From: Trichomonas gallinae
Taxonomy: Eukaryota
Direction of reading: 5' to 3'
Assembly (NCBI GenBank): GCA_008369845.1
Contig: MRSU01010980.1
Coordinates: 1-48,795 of the forward strand
Length of the DNA stretch: 48,795 nt
Below the pieces are notes generated by a model. The model worked only from the letters and a program-made list of their open reading frames with translations. It did no database searches and had not been told where the DNA came from. Positions within the stretch are counted from its first letter, which is position 1; each line of letters begins with the position of its first letter. Positions 43,269 to 48,795 of the stretch are shown here, piece by piece. The translations under genes and the position numbers were made by a program.

Positions 43269-43620
43269 TTTGATTTTATCGATGAAAATTCTCTTACTTA
43301 GCTTATATTCATATTATGCTGATATATAAAAATTGTTCTGAACTGAAGATGATTATCATATTTGAAATTATGAACGAAATAATTTCCTTATATAAAATAA
43401 GGAATCATCAAGTGATTCATAGCAAGTGATTTCTGCTCTATAGTGGTAATGTCGATTGTATGCAATCTAAATATCAACCGTTTGCAACAATACAGCTGAT
43501 TATTAGAAATGAGCATTGAACAATTCGTTTTTCAGGATACCATAAGAATGTTGATGCAATATAATGAAGATGAATAGTTTGTAAAACTAAAATTGATTGT
43601 GATAATGAATAAAAAATATT

Positions 43621-44313
43621 CTATATATCGTGATGAGATACAATTAGTTCAGGTAACTCAGGAACAGTGACTTTCTTCTTCTGTTTAAGTGGAGAGTGAT
43701 AAGGCATCTGTCTTTTGTAGGGCGAACTCAAAACTACGCAAAGCGGCTCTGTTTTGGATCTAGGCTTCTGGAAATGGCGAATTGGTGACGAAATTGGATG
43801 AAGTTTAGGAACTTCAGGCTCATCTTTCTGCTCATACTTTTTTCTTAGACTTTGGAGTTCTCTTCGAATTGTCATTGTTGTCTGGGAGAAGTATTGATGA
43901 ATTGCTTCTGAGTTATTTCGCGCCTGATCTAGTTGGTCTTGAATTGGTTGGTAAATATCGGCAATTTTATGCTGAATTTTTGTAGATATTTCACCTTCTA
44001 GGTCTTTAATCTTGTTATCGACGTAATTTCTATCTGATTTATCTGATAAAAACGATTTATCTGCTTTTTCGTTAATTAAATTTTGATATATATCTTCAAT
44101 TGATTTTAAAGCTTCATTAAAATCACCATTTTCTGCTTTTTCTAGAGATGAATGCCACTCTTTATCAAAAAAATCTAAAATATGAGAATTTGATTGATAT
44201 GAATCAGCTGAACGAATCTCGAATTCGAAATCAGTCTCTTCGTGACGTATTTTGGCCTGTATTGCTTCGATTCTAGCATTGATCGAAGATGTTGTACTGT
44301 CGATTTCTTGCAT
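43621..44313 (-). CDS. Hypothetical coiled-coil protein with a basic Pro-rich tail (230 aa)
   Basis: ATG ORF with Inr TCATT at 44324-44328 and coiled-coil composition. Confidence 0.75.
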   Translation of the reverse strand: MQEIDSTTSSINARIEAIQAKIRHEETDFEFEIRSADSYQSNSHILDFFDKEWHSSLEKAENGDFNEALKSIEDIYQNLINEKADKSFLSDKSDRNYVDNKIKDLEGEISTKIQHKIADIYQPIQDQLDQARNNSEAIHQYFSQTTMTIRRELQSLRKKYEQKDEPEVPKLHPISSPIRHFQKPRSKTEPLCVVLSSPYKRQMPYHSPLKQKKKVTVPELPELIVSHHDI

Positions 44314-44510
44314 TCAAAAAAATAATGATTAAAAAATCAAAAGAAACTTTCCAAAATTACATGAGTCGTTGTATGCAATCATAACATGATAAAAATGTAA
44401 AATTTCTGCGGCGGTTGCGCAGTTTTCTTTTTATATCCCGTTATGACATGTAAAGAGTCAAAATGTCATTTTAACCTCATTTTGACATGTAAACTCGATT
44501 TGATGAATCA

Positions 44511-44606
44511 AAAGCTTTGATATTTGCTTCAAAGAAAAGTCATCATGAAGTTGCCGAATTCTTTCACAGAGTTTATGGAATAGTTGTTAACACATAAGAT
44601 ATTTTT
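44511..44606 (+). pseudogene. Single ankyrin-repeat fragment
   Basis: Reads KALIFASKKSHHEVAEFFHRVYGIVVNT*DIF and is nucleotide-similar to the 37953 fragment. Confidence 0.6.
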
Positions 44607-44990
44607 AAATACATGAGTTCAGGTTGCTACGTGTTTTGAATCAAATAAAAAAAAATAAAGGAGATTTTTCATAGGCGCTAAAGTCTGACCTTCAAAATTG
44701 ATTCCTTCTAAATTAAGGATATAGATACAGTATGACCAACTCACATCTTTTGTTTTACTAAAAACAAATAACAAGGTTCATAACTTGCTCCACCTTCTTT
44801 GTCAGTGTGATGCATTATCAAACACTTTCTGATGTTACCACAATGAGTAAATTCATTAAATCTTTCTAGCAGTTCTCAGAATAGAGGTAAAAGTAATTGA
44901 TAGAATATGCTATTGAATGTGACAAAAAATTGAGAGATTGACATGTAAAATAATTAATTTGTCAAATATAATTTGTCACTTTTCGAACTA

Positions 44991-46589
44991 ATGGCGATCA
45001 CTCGCTCTAGCTCATCAACTAAAGAGAAAGTCAGGCCATTAGATTTACCACAATTCCTCGGTTTCAACACATCACTTCTTCCAATACCATCAAATGTCGA
45101 TATAAATAGATATGCCTTTGAAATATTTTTCGAAAATTCATTACGACCGGAAATAGGAAAATTTGCACTTAATTCAGACCATTTAGAGCATGGTTTTCAA
45201 ATGTATGCCGAAAAATCACAAGAATATCCTAAATTAAAATTACTTATAAATCATTTATTCTTATTCGCGTTTACAGAAATATTATTTGCCGATGGATCAT
45301 CAAGAGCTAACATATTCCTTGAAAGACAAAAAGACAATTGTTCACTTTCGCCTGAAGAAATCAGACAATTAGTCGATTTAAATCCCGAACTTACAGATTC
45401 AATCACAACAATCTTCGATCACTTAGTAGCGCCAATCGACATCAATCTCGATGCGGATTTCTTTAAGAGCGTCAATCAAATTTTTGGTTCAGCACCAGCT
45501 GTTTCATTTTTGCTAAGACATTTCTTACACGACGAAAATTCGAATGTTGTCAAAGCCGTTGAGTCAACTTCAACTCCACTAAATCAATTAAATTTGATGG
45601 TCCATGATGACAAATTACCACAATATTTCACAGAAACATCATCACCGAACATACAACAGAGAACAACACCATTCGCTGAATTCAGAATGGTTAGGCATTA
45701 TCCAGTTATTTATATTAATCAGCCAAAATACATCGCGCCGCCTCTTCCTTCCCTTTCTTGCATTCATATACCAAAATATGCCGATTTTGCTGTTGTTTCT
45801 AAGGTTTCACCAGCAGCAGTTTTCTCAACAAATTCTCAACTATTTTATGTGAACGAATTAACAGGTGTTGTTGAGCTGCATCATCATCCTGAGACAATAA
45901 CAGCACTCTGTTTCTCAACAGATGGCAAATGGATCCTTTCTGGAGACTCATCTGGAGGAATTTTGTTACAATCAGTTGATAAAAAACGTTTTACGTGGTA
46001 CGAGCCAGCAAGATCGTTAGTTACAAGCATTGCTGTTGCTCCTTCCTTCTTACACCAGTTTGTTGTCGGTTTACTTGACGGAACAGCTTTAATTTACGAT
46101 GTTTCGCAGAAATCACCAGTTAGAATGCTCGTCGGGCACTCTCTGTCCGTCAGCTGCGTAGATATGCACCCCAACAGCGAATTCGTCGCAACAGCAGGAA
46201 GCGACGGATATATTAGAGTTTGGTCAGTGACAAAAGGCGAATGCGTTAGATTGCTTAAAGGTGCTGGACAGAGTATGACAACAGTGAAGTTTAGTCATGA
46301 CGGACATTCACTTTTCTGCAGTGCAGCGTCTGGCGAAATTTTAATTTACGATGTCGGCGCAGCCAAAGCTCGTAAGTATAGGAAACTTGCTGCTGGCCTT
46401 GTCTGTGCTGATTTTTCACCGGATGATGAAGTTGTTGCTGGTTTTGACGGATATGGAAACTTTTTGATGTGGGAAACCAAGGAAATGCAGAATGAGTCAC
46501 CAGAAACAGTTAGAATCGACAGAACAAGAGTTATTGGCATGGAATTCACGAATTCTGCTGAGATAAGAATTGTCGGATGCCAGAAATAA
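44991..46589 (+). CDS. TAF5: TAF5-like WD40 protein (TFIID/SAGA subunit)
   Basis: LPSLSC, PVRMLVGHSLSVSCVDMHPNSEFVATAGSDGYIRVWSVTKGECVRLLKG and a helical NTD2-like N-terminus. ATG 44991 has Inr TCACT at 44976. Confidence 0.7.
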   Translation: MAITRSSSSTKEKVRPLDLPQFLGFNTSLLPIPSNVDINRYAFEIFFENSLRPEIGKFALNSDHLEHGFQMYAEKSQEYPKLKLLINHLFLFAFTEILFADGSSRANIFLERQKDNCSLSPEEIRQLVDLNPELTDSITTIFDHLVAPIDINLDADFFKSVNQIFGSAPAVSFLLRHFLHDENSNVVKAVESTSTPLNQLNLMVHDDKLPQYFTETSSPNIQQRTTPFAEFRMVRHYPVIYINQPKYIAPPLPSLSCIHIPKYADFAVVSKVSPAAVFSTNSQLFYVNELTGVVELHHHPETITALCFSTDGKWILSGDSSGGILLQSVDKKRFTWYEPARSLVTSIAVAPSFLHQFVVGLLDGTALIYDVSQKSPVRMLVGHSLSVSCVDMHPNSEFVATAGSDGYIRVWSVTKGECVRLLKGAGQSMTTVKFSHDGHSLFCSAASGEILIYDVGAAKARKYRKLAAGLVCADFSPDDEVVAGFDGYGNFLMWETKEMQNESPETVRIDRTRVIGMEFTNSAEIRIVGCQK

Positions 46590-46766
46590 TTGTATTATTA
46601 TATATTGTTAATAGATTTTGTCTTTTTAAAGTATTTCTTTTCTATATTCATGCCCTTTTTCGATATTTATAGATTTTACCAAATATTATGTGATATTCAC
46701 ATATTTTTATTTTAAATTTTTAAATAAAATTAAAAATTAATGATTTTAAAGATAGAAGTAATAGAT

Positions 46767-48074
46767 TTATTCATAGTAATAGTCAGCCCTCATGTCGCGA
46801 ACGAACTGATTGAACATTACCCAGTTTGTAAATTTCATCATTGTTGGGCCCATTCTTAGGAATGTGTAGCGGTGGAGGCCTTCAATACTCCAGCGCATTG
46901 ATCTCAAATATGAGCCAGAATCATAGCATTCGAGCGCGTTTTCGCCTTCGAATTGAATTTCTTGCAATTCAGCCATTTCACGAACAGTTTGGACTAGTTT
47001 AGCTGGATCTGAGCAGCACTCTTCATTTGGACCGATCTCAAGGCATGAAAAGTCAACTGTGACGTTGAATTTAGCGAAGCTTCTGCAGAGTCTTTCATAT
47101 CCTGAATCATCATTGTAAGAATAAAGTCCTGATGTCGCCTCTGCAGCGTGTGAAGGATGAGTGCTCCACCAGTGGAGGCCAGGAATCTTAGCAACGAGCT
47201 CGATATTATCTCCGAAAATTCTCCTTGCTTCTATGAGGACGCGATCAGCGTGCTCTGATAGCATGAGGTTATACCAGTTGAAGAATTTGAGTGCTTCCTT
47301 GTTTTGCTCGATGTTTGTCCAAAATTCTGATTTGAGCGGATTTCCATTGTAATCATTGGCTCCCTCTGGTGGCGCAACTTTGCACTTCTCCATAATATCA
47401 AGAGCTTGCTCATCATATACCTGAATTGCTCCAGTTCCAGGATAATTCCATGGAGCACGGAATCCTGGATAGCGGCACTCACCGCACGGCCCGAGACCGA
47501 TGTCTACGCACACTATGTGACCTTTAGCGAAGTATTCCGCGAAAGAATCGCGGAAAGCAATCATGAATTGAGAATATGTTCCAACAACAGTAGTATTCTT
47601 AAGCAAACATGAATCATAGAAGAGCGAAATGTACTCCCTGTCGACTGATCCGTGTGCATCTTTGTAGAAAAATCCTTCTTGTTCGACCCATTTCGGTAAA
47701 GGAATATTAACTGTGTCACCAACATTGCCACCGCACGCGTGGAATGACATAATTGGTATGATTTTGAGTCCGTACTTCTTGCACATGTCGAAAAACTCAT
47801 GGTAGCCGGCGAAATTATATTTATCGGGTTCTGGTTCAGCGATACCCCACCAAACATCGATCATTATTCCATCTATTGGGATGTTTGAAAGCTTGTAGAG
47901 CCATTTTTCGATGTAATCTGGGTTAATCATCTTTCCATTCAAATCAAGTAAGTCAAGAGGGGCCATTACGAAGAATTGTGTGGGCTTCTTTGCTTTCTTT
48001 GTCATTAACAACCTTCTGATGAGGTATATAATGGATATTATTAAGGTGGTGGTGACTAAAACATTCAAAAACAT
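46767..48074 (-). CDS. Beta-amylase (glycoside hydrolase family 14) with an N-terminal membrane anchor
   Basis: DGIMIDVWWG, SFHACGGNVGD, GLGPCGECRYP (acid Glu), KIPGLHWW and GENAL (base Glu). The N-terminus is hydrophobic. ATG at 48074 (the track starts at TTG 48092). Confidence 0.95.
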   Translation of the reverse strand: MFLNVLVTTTLIISIIYLIRRLLMTKKAKKPTQFFVMAPLDLLDLNGKMINPDYIEKWLYKLSNIPIDGIMIDVWWGIAEPEPDKYNFAGYHEFFDMCKKYGLKIIPIMSFHACGGNVGDTVNIPLPKWVEQEGFFYKDAHGSVDREYISLFYDSCLLKNTTVVGTYSQFMIAFRDSFAEYFAKGHIVCVDIGLGPCGECRYPGFRAPWNYPGTGAIQVYDEQALDIMEKCKVAPPEGANDYNGNPLKSEFWTNIEQNKEALKFFNWYNLMLSEHADRVLIEARRIFGDNIELVAKIPGLHWWSTHPSHAAEATSGLYSYNDDSGYERLCRSFAKFNVTVDFSCLEIGPNEECCSDPAKLVQTVREMAELQEIQFEGENALECYDSGSYLRSMRWSIEGLHRYTFLRMGPTMMKFTNWVMFNQFVRDMRADYYYE

Positions 48075-48795
48075 ATTTTGCTCTTTTATCAACTAAAATT
48101 TTTGTAAAATTTTGATTTTAATGTAATCATACTAAGTATTATAATTCATTATTATGACTTTTCAATGGATTTTTGGGTGAATCAGAACAAAAAATGGTCG
48201 TACATAAAAACCATCTTTGCAAAAACACTTATATCGATCATCTGCCTTTGATATTTAACCGATTTCGATTTTTGTTAATTTTCAAATTTATTGAACGAAT
48301 AACAAAAGGTACATCGGAGGTTTGAAAATCTGAATTTTGGATTCATTCTTCGTATATATGGACCACAGGGATACTCCCATTGGATTTTTCAGATGATTTA
48401 TAAAGAGAAAAATGTATCATTTATAGAACATATATTTTTTTTGTGATATTCTCTAAAATGTTGCCTTTTTCTTAAAAATTTCGATTTTTTAAGTGAAAAA
48501 GGCGATATTGTATTAATTTATATCATTGGGATTATTACACTATTAATTCACTAATATAATCTCAAGTTAAAACTGAAAAATGCATATTTTTAAAATTTTT
48601 GATAGAATTTCGAAATAATTTATAAAAATACGAAGAATATTTTATTTCATGAAGAAATATATAAGAGAGAATACATGTGCATACAAATAGACTCGTATTT
48701 TAGGTATATGAAATTTTGTCATTTTAATTTCCTCTTTTTGTGCTGAATAAAGTTGATAAGTGAGGACATGAATCGAATTATGCGCATAACTTAAT

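Noticed and set aside
1..48795. tRNA, rRNA, spliceosomal introns, intact transposons or phage/defence systems
   Set aside because: None recognised. The genes are single continuous ORFs and no transposase, integrase or RT motifs were seen.

Overview
AT-rich, intron-poor eukaryotic genomic DNA, most consistent with a trichomonad (Trichomonas-like parabasalid). The evidence is long single-exon genes, TCA(T/C)(T/A) initiator motifs a few bases before ATGs, TAA/TAAA stops and a BspA-like surface protein. About 16 protein-coding genes are supported: a BspA-like LRR membrane protein, a small KIX/REXO1-helical-domain-like protein, a helical hypothetical protein, a BIG-type Sec7 Arf-GEF, a bacterial-type GNAT acetyltransferase, a TRRAP/Tra1-like pseudo-PIKK, a multi-TM class-3 lipase with a BTB-like N-terminus, hemolysin III/PAQR, a VPS13-like protein, a FOP/LisH-like protein, a MIR-less PMT, an NT-C2+Dilute-like protein, a GRIP golgin, a coiled-coil hypothetical, a TAF5-like WD40 protein and a GH14 beta-amylase. 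The main non-coding signals are an 11-mer TGACATGTAAA found ten times, all upstream of genes; a ~2.5-kb strand-skewed ORF-less block (24.1-26.7 kb); a ~110-bp diverged tandem array; a ~105-nt hairpin between short direct repeats; and isolated single ankyrin-repeat relics. All homology calls come from recalled family motifs; no searches were run.
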